This document shows positions 17,282 through 28,702 of a stretch of 64,000 nt of DNA, in pieces; position 1 is the stretch's first letter; every line of letters begins with the position of its first letter. Source of the stretch: an uncultured Methanomassiliicoccales archaeon (GTDB lineage Archaea > Thermoplasmatota > Thermoplasmata > Methanomassiliicoccales > UBA472). The notes beneath the pieces were generated by a model. It had not been told where the DNA came from. It did not search any database and saw only the letters and a program-made list of their open reading frames with translations. Position numbers and translations under genes: made by a program. Where the stretch lies: the NCBI GenBank assembly GCA_963755265.1, contig CAVWKV010000093.1, positions 2,772-66,771 on the forward strand, read 5' to 3'.

Positions 17282-18937
17282 TCAGAATATCTTTCCGACC
17301 TTGCCCTCGACCAGGACGTCGAGGTTCACTTCGAAGGCGATGACCGGGTATCCCAGCTCGAAAGCGCTGATCACTTCCGGATGCAATTCGCCGAACGAGC
17401 CGACACATTTTCCGTTGACCAATATCGACGCCCCACGCCCTTGGATGTACGTGTCAGACTCGAGCGGCTCTAGGTCATATTCGACCGACAGGTCGCGCAT
17501 AACCCCCTCGGCGATCGATTTCATCTCGGTGAACCCGGCCTTGGAGTGAATCGCCATGACCGCCAGGTTCTTGCGCCGCTTTCCGTCCACAACGTCACCT
17601 ACCTCGAAAATCCGCTGAGGCAGGTCCCGGTGCTTGCTCTTGCGCAGGACCGCCAGCAGCGAGGGCATTAGGCGGAGCCGCAGGCAAGTATGGTCCTCGC
17701 TGACCGGGTTCAGCACTTCGATGACCTCCCGCTCGTGCATCCGCATGTTCATGAACTGGTCCTCCTTGGACGTCAGCGTGAGCGTCGTGACCTCCCAAAA
17801 CCCGTATCCTACCATAAGCTGCCTCACCAGGTCGGCGGCGCGCTCGATCGGCCGCTCCGAGCCGATCGTCTGGATCTTCGGCATGACCTTCCCGAAGTTC
17901 TCATAGCCGTACCCGATGGCGATGTCCTCAATGACATCGTGCGGGTGGATCAGGTCCATGCGTACGGCGGACGAATGCACGTTGAGCTTCTTGCCCTTGC
18001 CCTCGGCTGAATAGCCCATTTTGGCCAGGCATTTCGCCATTCCGTCTGCATCCAGCTCCGTTCCGAGCCATTTGTTCGCCGCGGCGACGTCGATCTTCCA
18101 CAGACCCGGCTCCAGCTTCGGTGTAATGTCCTTCTTCCTGCCTCGAAGGACGGTCACGGTTTCGATGTCCCCGCCCCTCTCGGCTATGGACGTCGCCACG
18201 ATGTTCAGCACGCCGCTGATCGTCACCTCGTCCATTCCGGTGACGTCTATGAAAATATTCTTCGTATCGCATGTAACGGTCGTCAAGCGGCCGTTGATGA
18301 TCGGCGGGAACGAGAGCACGTCACCGTTAGCGTCCAGGATGACAGGATATAACGGCTTGCCTTCGAGTATGGACCTGTAGGCAACGCCCTTCTCATGCTT
18401 CTCCAGCACTTCCCGCATGGTCATCGGCTCTTCCTTGGCCAGCGGGACGAAGGAGATGCTGTCCGGGTCTACACCCTTGTATACGAATGGCGGCGTGACC
18501 TTGTCCAAGTCATGTACGCCGATGGCGACTTTCACGCGTTTCCGCCCGACGGTAACGTGCAGCTTCTCCTGCAATTCCATCAGCGAGCGTATGATCTGGT
18601 CGGTCATGACAACGTTTCTGATGACGGCGGCGACCACGAAAGGACGTACCTCCGCGACAGAGTCCTCAACCTTCAGAGCGATGCCGGAGTCCTTGGTCGG
18701 GTAGACACGAAGTCCCGGCTTGATGTCCAGGAAAGCGCGCAGGGCCCGAGCCACACCTTCAACCGAATACAGGTCCGGCCGGTTCGGAAAGAACTCGATC
18801 GACGTCTCGCCTGTGGCGGCGTCGAACTCGTGCAGGTCCGCTCCGATCATGGGGATGCGTTCCAGCACGACCGAGCTGGGAATGTCCCTGCCCAGCAGAC
18901 CGACCAGGTCATTGAAGTTGAAGTTGATTACTGGCAT
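17282..18937 (-). CDS. pheT: Phenylalanyl-tRNA synthetase beta subunit (archaeal type)
   Basis: PNRPDL, QEKLH, SFPPIIN, RMDLIH...EDIAIGYG and GELHPEV. Confidence 0.95.
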   Translation of the reverse strand: MPVINFNFNDLVGLLGRDIPSSVVLERIPMIGADLHEFDAATGETSIEFFPNRPDLYSVEGVARALRAFLDIKPGLRVYPTKDSGIALKVEDSVAEVRPFVVAAVIRNVVMTDQIIRSLMELQEKLHVTVGRKRVKVAIGVHDLDKVTPPFVYKGVDPDSISFVPLAKEEPMTMREVLEKHEKGVAYRSILEGKPLYPVILDANGDVLSFPPIINGRLTTVTCDTKNIFIDVTGMDEVTISGVLNIVATSIAERGGDIETVTVLRGRKKDITPKLEPGLWKIDVAAANKWLGTELDADGMAKCLAKMGYSAEGKGKKLNVHSSAVRMDLIHPHDVIEDIAIGYGYENFGKVMPKIQTIGSERPIERAADLVRQLMVGYGFWEVTTLTLTSKEDQFMNMRMHEREVIEVLNPVSEDHTCLRLRLMPSLLAVLRKSKHRDLPQRIFEVGDVVDGKRRKNLAVMAIHSKAGFTEMKSIAEGVMRDLSVEYDLEPLESDTYIQGRGASILVNGKCVGSFGELHPEVISAFELGYPVIAFEVNLDVLVEGKVGKIF

Positions 18938-18981
18938 GGTGGCAATGCGATGAAGATGAGACTATTTTACTTTTTCCAGTT

Positions 18982-20130
18982 TCAACGGCCGAGCGCTTTG
19001 TGCGCCTTGCCCAGTTCGCCCGCCCCTTGGGCCGCTAACGTGGATAGTTCGCCAGCCAGCACGACCGCGCCGATGATCTCCGCCAGTTTCTTCGACTTCC
19101 CTAGGCCAACACAGTCTATCATTGAAAGGGCCTCGTTCTGGCAGGGCAGGCGGGTTCCACCGCCGACGGTCCCGACCTCGACGCAAGGGATCCTCACAGA
19201 AAGATACAGTCCATCATCCACCACCTCGGCCGTGGTCATACCCATGCTGCCCTCGACCACCTGGGCCGGGTCCTGGCCGGTCGCCAGATAGAGCGCAGCG
19301 ATCATATTCGCCATGTGAGCGTTGAATCCATACGAGAGCGCCATTGCCGAACCTATCAGGTTTTTGCGGAAGCAGGTTTCGGTGGCCCTCTCCGCGGTGG
19401 TGTGGAGCTTGTCCTTCATGATGTCATTTGATATCTTGACGTCGGCCAGCACGACCTTGCCCCGACCCTCTATTGCGTCTATCGCTGCCGGTTTCTTGTC
19501 TGTGCACATATTGCCTGAGACTGAGACGAGCGTTGCACCGGTCTTCTCCTCTATCAACCTGGATGCCGCTTCGGTCGCTATCGTCGCCATGTTCATGCCC
19601 ATGGCGTCACCGGTATCGTAGGAGAAACGCAGGTAAAGGTTCTTTCCGGACGCGAACGCCCTGACCTTGAGAAGCTTGCCATGCTTGGTGGTGCTCTCGG
19701 CTACCGCCCTGATATCGTCGATGTGGTCGTCCACCCAGCAGGTCACTTCGGCGCAGTGCCTGACGCCTTCGGTCCGGAACACCGGAGCGCGGGTCATTTC
19801 ATCCTTGACGATGACGACATCCGCGCCACCAGCGGACGATATGACACTGCAGCCGCGTGAGACTGAAGCGAGCAACGCCCCCTCGGTCGTCGCCATCGGA
19901 ACCAGGAACTCACCCCTGGCGTAACCGCCGTTGATAAGGATCGGACCGACGAAACCGAGCGGGATCTGGACACATCCAATCATGTTCTCGATGTTCTTCT
20001 CCGCCACGATCGGGTCGAACGGGCAGTGCGAAATCGCGCTCAGCTTGGCGCCGGTGAACTCCTCCGCGGCTTGGCGACGCTCGTCCACATCCTGCTTGGC
20101 CTTGCCCCTATTCTTCAGACCCCCAGCCAT
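18982..20130 (-). CDS. hmgA: HMG-CoA reductase (class I, NADPH)
   Basis: ENMIG, PMATTEGAL, DAMGMNM and GTVGGGT. Confidence 0.96.
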   Translation of the reverse strand: MAGGLKNRGKAKQDVDERRQAAEEFTGAKLSAISHCPFDPIVAEKNIENMIGCVQIPLGFVGPILINGGYARGEFLVPMATTEGALLASVSRGCSVISSAGGADVVIVKDEMTRAPVFRTEGVRHCAEVTCWVDDHIDDIRAVAESTTKHGKLLKVRAFASGKNLYLRFSYDTGDAMGMNMATIATEAASRLIEEKTGATLVSVSGNMCTDKKPAAIDAIEGRGKVVLADVKISNDIMKDKLHTTAERATETCFRKNLIGSAMALSYGFNAHMANMIAALYLATGQDPAQVVEGSMGMTTAEVVDDGLYLSVRIPCVEVGTVGGGTRLPCQNEALSMIDCVGLGKSKKLAEIIGAVVLAGELSTLAAQGAGELGKAHKALGR

Positions 20131-20266
20131 TTTGATCGTTCAGGTATTGACCTTCGACATATAGTTATTGCTTATTGGCATGACGGAACGAACAAGGACA
20201 TTCACGTTCGTCCCACTTTTGGGGGGCAGGGAGTCATTTATATAGCGCGATAACCTATTTTTGTGC

Positions 20267-20551
20267 ATGGAGCAGGAAGTTCGTTGTCAGAGCTGCGGGA
20301 TGCTGATGGGAGACGGGCTTTTCGGCACGCTTGCCAATGGAAAGGAGACCAAGGATTATTGCCGGTTTTGTTTTCAGAACGGCAAGTACACTGATCCGAA
20401 TGCGACCATGCATGGGATGATCGAGAACTCGGTCAAGATCATGGTCAAGAAGATGGCCATCCCCGAGCCGAGGGCTAGGGAGATCGCTACCGCGTCCATA
20501 TCTCAGCTCAAGAGATGGTCGGCGCCAGGCAGTGTCAGAGAGAAAGTCTAG
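20267..20551 (+). CDS. Putative zinc-ribbon protein
   Basis: CQSCGM...YCRFCF...LKRW. Confidence 0.85.
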   Translation: MEQEVRCQSCGMLMGDGLFGTLANGKETKDYCRFCFQNGKYTDPNATMHGMIENSVKIMVKKMAIPEPRAREIATASISQLKRWSAPGSVREKV

Positions 20552-20635
20552 GACCGTTTTTCCTTGATGCCACAAGCCCCAGGATAGAGAAAGCTTTAAA
20601 ATGGCCATTGGTATTCCCTGAACTCAACCAGAAAA

Positions 20636-20710
20636 GGGCCCATAGCTTAGTCTGGTTGGAGCGTCCGGCTGATAACCGGAAGGTCGGGAGTTCAAATCTC
20701 CTTGGGCCCA
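20636..20710 (+). tRNA. tRNA-Ile(GAT), CCA not encoded
   Basis: GGGCCCA acceptor, TCCGG-CT-GAT-AA-CCGGA anticodon arm and GTTCAAATC T-loop. Confidence 0.95.
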
Positions 20711-21046
20711 CTACTTGTTACTGGCTCACCCCAAATAGGACAAAAGGCCGCAAAACCGCAGCGGAGAACTTTCTTTCGTCATATAGGTCTTGGGGAACTG
20801 AGCAACGGAAACTGTCCGAGCTCAACGTTCGGGCAAGCTGATTGTGGTCGATGTCCCTCTTTAAGGAGATGTCAGGCTCCGTTAAACCAAGTCGTAAAGC
20901 ATCTTAGTCGAGAACGATCCGTCAGTTCCGTTGATAAACGGTTCGCCGTTGTTCAGGCTCCAAGTTTTGAGATTTAGCCATGAATTTAAGGCAGAGATTT
21001 TACTATCGATAGGGAGAATCCTGAATGAATCAGGACTAGGGTATGT

Positions 21047-21369
21047 GTGAATTATTCCAGGATGGAATCCATTGTGATGGCGTTCGACACCGATGTCTCA
21101 CGGATACTCGCGAAAACATATTTCGGTCCGCGAGGGGTGAGGGAGCTCGGCGACGTCCTGAAGATACCTCAGGTAAGGTGTTACCGCCGCGTCGAGGACC
21201 TGGAGAGGATCGGGCTGTTAAAGGTAAAGGGGTCTAGCAAACGCAACCGGACCTATTCGTCGAACATGGAACACATGTCCCTCGTCATCAATGATGACAG
21301 CATGGTCCTGACCACGAGTTCATGGACGGGGGCATCAGCAATTTCGACCTGAATTCCATAATAAATTAG
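21047..21369 (+). pseudogene. Winged-helix regulator, paralog of 9012, with a probable frameshift near 21315
   Basis: IPQVRCYRRVEDLE HTH. A one-base shift gives ...EFMDGGISNFDLNSIIN*, resembling FQMKDG of the paralog. Confidence 0.55.
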
Positions 21370-21440
21370 CGTGCAACCATTAATACAACCAACATACTAT
21401 TATTTGTGAGGGTGTACACAAAAAGAGATCGGGAGAGGCG

Positions 21441-21827
21441 TTGGTCTTGGAAGTTGAAAACGTGTTCAAAATAGCGTTTAGCTATTCCAGAGTTCGCGAG
21501 TTCCTGACAAGCAGGAGTTGGGAATTCCAAGGAAAGGACGAGGAAATGGAGATGGACTCGTTCAGAAACAATAAGACCGGGAAGAGGGTGTTCGTCGAGG
21601 ACATTTCAGAGGAATTTCCAGTGACCTTTCTTATGGGCGAGCTTAGCGTGCCGGAGTTCAGTATCATTGCTAGTGAATTGACTCCGGAGATCCAGTTACT
21701 GGAAGTCGAAAGTAGGTGGGAAGGTGAACCGACGACCATCGTGGTCGCGATGACAGAAGAGCAAGTCAGGAACATGTTCGGCAGAAAAGCAAAGATGAGA
21801 AAGCTTGCGGTTCACCCATGCGTCTGA
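21441..21827 (+). CDS. Hypothetical protein
   Basis: 128-aa ORF with a GGGAGAGG RBS. Confidence 0.65.
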   Translation: MVLEVENVFKIAFSYSRVREFLTSRSWEFQGKDEEMEMDSFRNNKTGKRVFVEDISEEFPVTFLMGELSVPEFSIIASELTPEIQLLEVESRWEGEPTTIVVAMTEEQVRNMFGRKAKMRKLAVHPCV

Positions 21828-21879
21828 GCGGTCTCTCAAACCATTTATAACAAAGGGACAAGTAGTTTTAACAGTGATT

Positions 21880-21960
21880 GGAGACGACGGTTATCCTTAA
21901 ATTGTCCCCCGGTTCAGCCGAGGGTGGACGCGGGAGGGACAGGGTAGGTTCTCCTTTTCT
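21880..21960 (+). ncRNA. Candidate structured RNA
   Basis: TTTATAA at about 21844. Nested stems GGAGA/TCTCC, TTATCC/GGGTAG and TGTCCC/GGGACA, followed by a pyrimidine tract. Confidence 0.35.
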
Positions 21961-22568
21961 CTACTCATAATCAAGAGACGAATGGTCGGGTCAATAGAAT
22001 GTAATGGGGAAAGTCCTCCGAATGTGTCTTATCGTTTGTTTGATTCGGCGTACTTGCGCGCCGGCAATGAACAGCATCTACATCCTTCTATTCTTGACCG
22101 ACTGGAATGTCGGCGCGTTCTTTCCTTTAATTTATTCCGATGAATAGTCAAAGTACCTGCTATAGGCCTTGCACCGGCCGGGTACCTGTTTCTTTGTACC
22201 TATGATCACTACGTTAGGCGCCCCGCGGCCAAAATCAGAGTTTTCTATGCGATTGGATCACTCAATCATCTTATCCTTCTGTACATCTAATTGATCGAGA
22301 ACGCTTAATTGACGTACCCATAAAATTAAATCGAATCGAATTCTTGCATCCACATACTATCAATGGTTCGATGCGGCTTGTCGTCTCGACAAAATCTCCC
22401 CGGTGCTAAGACGGTGTTTGGAGGAGGGCTCTTCAGGAAAGGTCCGATGGAATGGATAAATATCCATATTTCTTCTCAGAACATAGGTCCGATGATGGTC
22501 ATGTCGGAAATTTCTGCGGAATTCTGTTGCGCTGATCCATCGAGCAGTGAAACTCAAAGAGGGCGGGC

Positions 22569-23783
22569 GTGACCATGGCCGACAGTACTGGAAGAGGCAT
22601 GTTCTCCGTGGTACCGTCCCGAGTTAAATGGACGATCTATCTCGCCTCCTTTGCATCCATCGGATGGGGATACCTTACCACCGTGATCGCCGCCTATCTG
22701 CCCGAGCGGGGAATGAGTTCCGGGGACGTAGGATTGCTGATAGGAGTGACCGGTGCTGCCATGGTGGTCACCGCCATCCCCATGGGTCTGCTGGCCGACC
22801 GTTTAGGAAGGAAGAAGGTACTGGTATGGGGGCTCTTGGGACTGCCCGCCACGCTGGTGGTGTTCGCTTTCACCACCGATCTGTCGATCTTATTGGTGGC
22901 CGTTGTGGCCGGAGGGATCGCCGAGGGGGCTTTCCTGGCCTCCTGGAACGCGCTCATCGCCGACCAGACCGATGCTAGTAACCGCACCATCTCGTTCGTT
23001 CTATCCTTTATCGTCAATACCGTCACGGGGGGGATCGGAATGGCCCTTCCCTTCGTATTCCCGTCTGTGGAATCGGCCACCGGGTTCAGTTCGGTGACAG
23101 TGCACAGTGCTTCTTTCATTATCCTGGCCTTCGTGGTGCTGCTCTCCCCCATACTGCTGTGGCGGGTATTGAGGGATTATCGTGACGTGCACAAGGACCG
23201 GTTCGCCCTGGTCGCTGGGAAGGACCGGAGGAACCTGATCAAGTTCACCGTGCCCACCTGTCTCATCGGGCTGGGCGCTGGGTTCATCATACCGCTTATC
23301 CCAACCTGGCTATTCCTTAAATATGGCGTTCCGGACAACTTCAGTGGCCCTTTGCTGGCATTGTCGGGGATCACCATGGCGTTGGCGGCAGTGGCGTGCA
23401 AGGCCCTGGCCTCACGCTATGGGCCAGTTCGGGCCATCGTGCTGACACAGGGCCTCTCCACCGTCTTCATGGTGGCCATACCCTTCATGCCCGGGGCCGC
23501 CCTTGCCGCGGCCTTCTACCTGGTCCGATCAACACTGATGAACATGGCCGGGCCAATCTCCGATTCCTTCATGATGAGCGTCATTGCCCCAGAGGATCGG
23601 GGCCTCGCGAGTGCCATCAACGCCCTGGTGTGGAGGCTGCCCAACAGTGTCACCACCATCGCTGGGGGCATCATACTCGCCTCCGGCGACTACAGCACAC
23701 CATTCCTCATAGCCGGAGGGGTTTACATCGTCTCCATAACCATGTTCTTCTCCTTTTTCAAGGACACTAAGACGAGCACGTGA
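22569..23783 (+). CDS. MFS transporter
   Basis: About 12 TM segments and motif A GLLADRLGRKK. Confidence 0.92.
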   Translation: MTMADSTGRGMFSVVPSRVKWTIYLASFASIGWGYLTTVIAAYLPERGMSSGDVGLLIGVTGAAMVVTAIPMGLLADRLGRKKVLVWGLLGLPATLVVFAFTTDLSILLVAVVAGGIAEGAFLASWNALIADQTDASNRTISFVLSFIVNTVTGGIGMALPFVFPSVESATGFSSVTVHSASFIILAFVVLLSPILLWRVLRDYRDVHKDRFALVAGKDRRNLIKFTVPTCLIGLGAGFIIPLIPTWLFLKYGVPDNFSGPLLALSGITMALAAVACKALASRYGPVRAIVLTQGLSTVFMVAIPFMPGAALAAAFYLVRSTLMNMAGPISDSFMMSVIAPEDRGLASAINALVWRLPNSVTTIAGGIILASGDYSTPFLIAGGVYIVSITMFFSFFKDTKTST

Positions 23784-24093
23784 CGGAAAGAGGCGGGAAA
23801 CCGTGAAAACTGCCAAGAGGAGGTCGAGGCGAAAGTCTCGATTTTCATTAAGTTCTTAATGTCTGGAAATATAACAGCGATAGAAGATTTAGTTTAACAA
23901 GTCCGTGGCTAAACTCTGAACCTATTTTCTGTTAATATATATTGTTATAGGAATCTATAAATGTGGTCCGATCTAATTGGAGAGGTCAGGTGGAGCTCTG
24001 GCCATAAATCATTTCAATCTTCTTTCATCACTTACAAACCCTGTTTATATTCATAGCAACCATTAGCATTCGGATGCGGAGTAGGTGTGATTC

Positions 24094-24771
24094 ATGGAGA
24101 TAATCAATGGAATACATCGAATCGATGAGGCGAGCGAAAACATGGCCCACGCCAACGTCTATCTGGTCACCAACGGAAAGGAGCTGGCTGTCATCGACAC
24201 GGGAACGCCGGGTAACGCACAGAAGATCATCGATTATGTTGTAAAGAAAGGTTTCAGGCCGACAGATGTCAAGTTTATCGTCCTCACACACTATCATATG
24301 GACCATATGGGCAGTGCCAAACAGTTGAGGGACCTGACCAAGGCCCAGGTCGCCGTGCATGAGAACGATGCTGACTATGTTTCCGGCCAGAAGCCACTGC
24401 CCGCGTCTAAGCATGCTCGCCCCCGAGCCACTATTACCGCAGAATCAGTGCCGGTCGATATCCGCCTAAAGGATGGCGACAGGATTGCAAGTCTGATTGT
24501 CCATTTCCTACCTGGGCACACAGAGGGGAGCATCATGCTATTGGACGAAAAGAGAAAGGTGCTATTCACCGGTGATTCATTGCGGTACGATGGCAAGGAA
24601 ATCACTTGCTCCCCTACAGAGTATTGCTCGGACGTCAGTGAAATGATTGGATCGATAGCTAAGGCGTCCAAACTAGATTTCGAGGTCATGCTCCCTGGCC
24701 ACGGCCAACCGCTCAAAGCCAACGCTTCCTACATGATAAGAAACTACGTCGGAACTCCTCGAAGTCAATAA
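24094..24771 (+). CDS. MBL-fold metallo-hydrolase
   Basis: THYHMDHMG, PGHT, FTGD and PGHG. Confidence 0.92.
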   Translation: MEIINGIHRIDEASENMAHANVYLVTNGKELAVIDTGTPGNAQKIIDYVVKKGFRPTDVKFIVLTHYHMDHMGSAKQLRDLTKAQVAVHENDADYVSGQKPLPASKHARPRATITAESVPVDIRLKDGDRIASLIVHFLPGHTEGSIMLLDEKRKVLFTGDSLRYDGKEITCSPTEYCSDVSEMIGSIAKASKLDFEVMLPGHGQPLKANASYMIRNYVGTPRSQ

Positions 24772-24822
24772 TATCTTAAGTTTTAACGGGGTCGACATCG
24801 AAACAATGGCCTCAAGGGTATT

Positions 24823-24906
24823 GGATACGGAACGTACCCGGTCACTATAATGGGGATAGGCGGGTCACTCACCCACAGCATAACTGTGGAGGTAACAGTC
24901 GGCTGA
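24823..24906 (+). pseudogene. C-terminal remnant of a surface or Ig-like domain protein
   Basis: Reads GYGTYPVTIMGIGGSLTHSITVEVTVG* with no intact upstream frame. Confidence 0.4.
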
Positions 24907-25583
24907 ATACAACTACGTGGAAGGTGCGCCGAAACGGCTTGAAGTTAGGCGAGTTTCGTGATGTGGGGTGAGGGGGTGGCACAGAATCTCAGGTCAAGAG
25001 GAATCGGTGCCCGATTCGTGTTGCCTTGTCAATTGGATGAACGAAAAGAAAATTGATACGCGTGTCGATTTCTTAGTCTATAGTAAAAAAAATTGCAGGC
25101 ATACTGATTAAGGATATTGGCGACGAAACCCTTGTTAAATGATTCACCCAAACGTCGCTGAACATCTTCTTTCGTATTCAAAAGAACGTGGTATCGGTTA
25201 TCATGTCACGCATGAAAAATACCCCAAAGAAAATCGCAGAAGGCATACTCAACAAAGAATGGAAGATCCTGTCGTTCTCGCGAACGCCGTTATGATGTTA
25301 CTGGCCAGGATGATGATCCCCCACCCTCAGCCACCATGGACGACATTGAAGGTAATCCCGAATATATCAATTGGGTTAATCGGACTGCCCTTCATGCGAT
25401 TCAACCAATTTCAGACCGGCCAGTTGTAATTTTTGAAGGAACCTTGGGAAAATTTATAGAATCAACACTGAGTTTGAAAAACCGCGAAAACACTCTAGAT
25501 CTTAATGGGTTGACTGCTGCCCAGGCTGCTGGCCCTGTTGAGCGGTAAACAGGAATGCAGTAGTTCCATAGTTCAGATTTTAC

Positions 25584-26066
25584 CTATCTGATTCTTTGAA
25601 CGCTACCTCTATGGCTCGATGCCATAGCCGAATGATCTTCGCCCTTGGTAATCAGAGTGTTCAAAGTTGTCAAAAAGAATTCCTGATCCTTTGGATCAAT
25701 GAATTTGTCCAGATTGACACCCATCAGCGTTTCACGGATTAGTGTATATGTGTTAAGCATCAGAAGTTCGGTCTGGTAAAGTTCATCCATGACCTCCTGG
25801 TCCTCCTTTCCCTGAAAATTAAAAATGTGAGGCGTTATGTTCTCCATCTGATGAGGACCGGTGACTTTCACTTTGCTTAACATCTCCTCAATCATTGATT
25901 TGTTTTTTTCCGATTCTGAAAGCATCTCGAAAATCATTTTCCGGAACTTGTAATTCTTTGCGGAAATATATGCTTCCCATTGGGCTACCGATTCTAACCC
26001 TTGCTCAATTTGAAGTGCCTTTAGCAACAAGTTGGCAAGTTCATCCCCGCTATTTATGATAATCAT
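25584..26066 (-). CDS. Ferritin/rubrerythrin-like four-helix protein
   Basis: ALQIE...ESEKN...E...Y...EDH spacing. Confidence 0.55.
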   Translation of the reverse strand: MIIINSGDELANLLLKALQIEQGLESVAQWEAYISAKNYKFRKMIFEMLSESEKNKSMIEEMLSKVKVTGPHQMENITPHIFNFQGKEDQEVMDELYQTELLMLNTYTLIRETLMGVNLDKFIDPKDQEFFLTTLNTLITKGEDHSAMASSHRGSVQRIR

Positions 26067-26291
26067 AATGGATACAATGCTATTGTCAATAATGTAATAA
26101 AACTGTTTCCAAGCCATTCATGATTAGCATATATCGAATAGAATGCGTCCAAGAATCTGCTCGACGATACGTTCATGAGCCTGATTATGGCCGCCGAGGG
26201 TTGTTGAATAGGACGAGCACTCGGACTTGCCTGATTAATAAGTCTGAATCAACAACAATGATTAAGAGCATGCAGACCGAATCTGAAACCG

Positions 26292-27329
26292 ATGGAACAA
26301 ATCCTTTTTATTTTTGCAGTCTCGGCATTAGTACTCGCCCTATTTTTCGCCGTGACCAACGGATTCAATGATGCCAGTGCGACTGTGGCCACGATGATAG
26401 CATGCGGGGCGGCTTCTCCTCGCCGGGCGGTCGTTCTAGCAGCCGTTTGGGGGTTCGCCGGCGCAATGCTAGGCGGCACGGCGGTGGCGCTGACAATGAT
26501 CAGCCTCGTGTCCATCCCTTTGGGGCAAACCCTGGTTTATCTTATTTTTGCTGCCTTAGCTGCGGCAGTTGCCTGGAATCTGATAGCTACTCTTCGGGGG
26601 GTCCCCTCCTCCTCAACGCACGCATTGGTAGGTGGATTGATCGGAGGGGGTATAGCGTCAGGAGGTCTGGGTCGGGTGAACTGGGGCATAGGAAATCTGT
26701 TTTCCACAGGAGACATGACAGGTGTAGCTAAAGTGGTCATCTTCCTCTTCCTTTCAGTTGGGATAGGGTTCATTGGCGGGTTTGTGGCTCAAAAGCTGAT
26801 GAAAGTTCTGCTACGTAATGCCAAGCGGACCGTAAACCGGCCCCTCATGCTGTCTCAATACATCACGTCTGGACTGCTTGCCTTCAGTCACGGAGCGAAC
26901 GACGCGCAAAAAGCGATGGGCATGATGGTCCTGGTAATCGCTTCTGTGGGTTGGGCGTCCAACACAATCGTTCCGCTCTGGGTAACGCTAGCATGCGCAA
27001 CCGCCATGACTATCGGCACTTTAGGGGGCGGGTGGAAGATCATAAAGACACTGGGCCGCAGGATATTTCATATTCGGCCTATCCACAGCTTTAATTCCCA
27101 GGTCAGCTCGACCGCGTCGATTCTGATTTCGACAATCGCCGGAGCACCAGTATCTTCGTCCCAGACAGTTGCGTCCAGCATCATCGGAGTAGGGGCGGCG
27201 GACAACGCCCGAATGGTGCAATGGTCTATTGGACGACAAATGATCGAGTCGTGGCTGCTGACAATCCCAATGACTGCATTCATCTCTGGACTCATCTTTA
27301 TCATTCTGAAGGGCAGCTTGAACCTCTGA
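26292..27329 (+). CDS. PiT-family inorganic phosphate transporter
   Basis: NGFNDA, PSSSTHAL, HGANDAQK and PVSSSQ. Confidence 0.93.
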   Translation: MEQILFIFAVSALVLALFFAVTNGFNDASATVATMIACGAASPRRAVVLAAVWGFAGAMLGGTAVALTMISLVSIPLGQTLVYLIFAALAAAVAWNLIATLRGVPSSSTHALVGGLIGGGIASGGLGRVNWGIGNLFSTGDMTGVAKVVIFLFLSVGIGFIGGFVAQKLMKVLLRNAKRTVNRPLMLSQYITSGLLAFSHGANDAQKAMGMMVLVIASVGWASNTIVPLWVTLACATAMTIGTLGGGWKIIKTLGRRIFHIRPIHSFNSQVSSTASILISTIAGAPVSSSQTVASSIIGVGAADNARMVQWSIGRQMIESWLLTIPMTAFISGLIFIILKGSLNL

Positions 27330-28309
27330 AAGAGCTGGCATGGTATCAAGTATAAAGGAAAGAGGCAGGAAGCGTTTAAAATACTAGCACCTAGACGTCG
27401 AAGGTCCCACTCGCCAGGGGTGGTCTTCCAGTCTTAGTCTCCGGAACTCTTATTCTCGTATCCAGTCAAGGTGAAAGAAGTTAGAAGAACAATATCCGGA
27501 AAGTGGCATTGGGTTTTCGAAATCTCCAAGAGAGAATGACTGAACTAGTATTGCCTAAGTTAAGGAGTGATTGTCCCGCGTTGCCGGTTATTGAACGCTT
27601 CGTAGCCAAGATTAAGAATCTGAATGGGGAGGTGCGGAACAATGGATGAGGGTATTGGTTTGGAAAAGTGCCTGGAAGCTGCCTCATGATGAGATCATCT
27701 TGCACTTGACACAATAAAAAACCTGTCTATCACTACTAAAACTCGCTTCAAAATTGATACATTGTAAGCCCAGAACGATATGGCAAATCTACTTGAACCT
27801 CGACCAATCATTAATGATCTGGGAATATAAATAAAGTGTAAAAAAATGCAGTTGGGAAGGGGAAACATCTGAACTAGTCGATGAATCAGCCGAATTGAAG
27901 CTGAATGATCACTTCGATTCCACCATTTTGTTATGGTAACTTAGAGAAGGGCATTTCTTTGCCCTGTTTGCAGAACCCCTCTACGGACGGCGAAGTTCTT
28001 ATACGGAATGGAAATGAGCGAGAGGAACTGAAGGAACGTTCGGACATTAATGAAAAGAGTGATTGGAAGTTCACTTTCAACCCTCCGAGAGATTAGACCA
28101 AAGAGTAGCCATCGATCTCAAGTCTAGGGCAATCTCCTTGGAGACAACAGCTCACTACAGCTGTAAAAAGGGAAAGGTGCTGCTGACTGATGAGGTTTTG
28201 ACACTCTTGATAGCCTCCGATCTAGTTTCATCTACCATCTTAATCGTGGATGGCAAAGATACAATGGGTTGCTAATGATAATAAAGCCCGAACTGATGTG
28301 TAACCAGGG

Positions 28310-28702
28310 ATGGTCATCTTGTCGAACGACCTAGAATCAATGCTGGCGGAAGCCCATCTGGAGATGTACTACGATATAAATGACGACAAGATCCACTTCA
28401 GACTGAAAGCCAGCGAGGAACTCGCGGCGAACAATGCCCAGATGCCTGGCGATATCATATCGTCATGGTACGAGGTGAGAACCTCGTGGAAGGGGCGGAC
28501 CTCGCCAGAGCCTGAAATGGCCGGGGCCTTCAAGGATGTCGGTGATGTCCTCTTGGCTATCGTTCTCCTGATGGAACATGAGAACCGAGAGCTGACCTTA
28601 GTAAGAGTAACGCGTATAACTTCATTCATAGGGGAAAAGATCGTAGAAGAATGCGGTTCCTCCATCGATTACAAGGAGACGGTCCTTTTGGAATTTCCGT
28701 GA
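28310..28702 (+). CDS. Hypothetical protein
   Basis: 130-aa ORF with coding-like codon usage. Confidence 0.6.
   Translation: MVILSNDLESMLAEAHLEMYYDINDDKIHFRLKASEELAANNAQMPGDIISSWYEVRTSWKGRTSPEPEMAGAFKDVGDVLLAIVLLMEHENRELTLVRVTRITSFIGEKIVEECGSSIDYKETVLLEFP

Noticed and set aside
18395..19291. 298-aa plus-strand ORF and the many similar antisense ORFs over purB, srp54, ftsZ, the kinase and mat
   Set aside because: These are shadow frames of GC3-rich genes on the opposite strand and have no motifs.
20873..20961. 9-bp direct repeat TCAGGCTCC after tRNA-Ile as an att site or target duplication
   Set aside because: It is short, does not match the tRNA, and encloses no element.
27905..28275. Two overlapping short ORFs as a Pyl readthrough or frameshifted gene
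   Set aside because: A second TAG follows within four codons and no family is recognisable, so the call cannot be supported.
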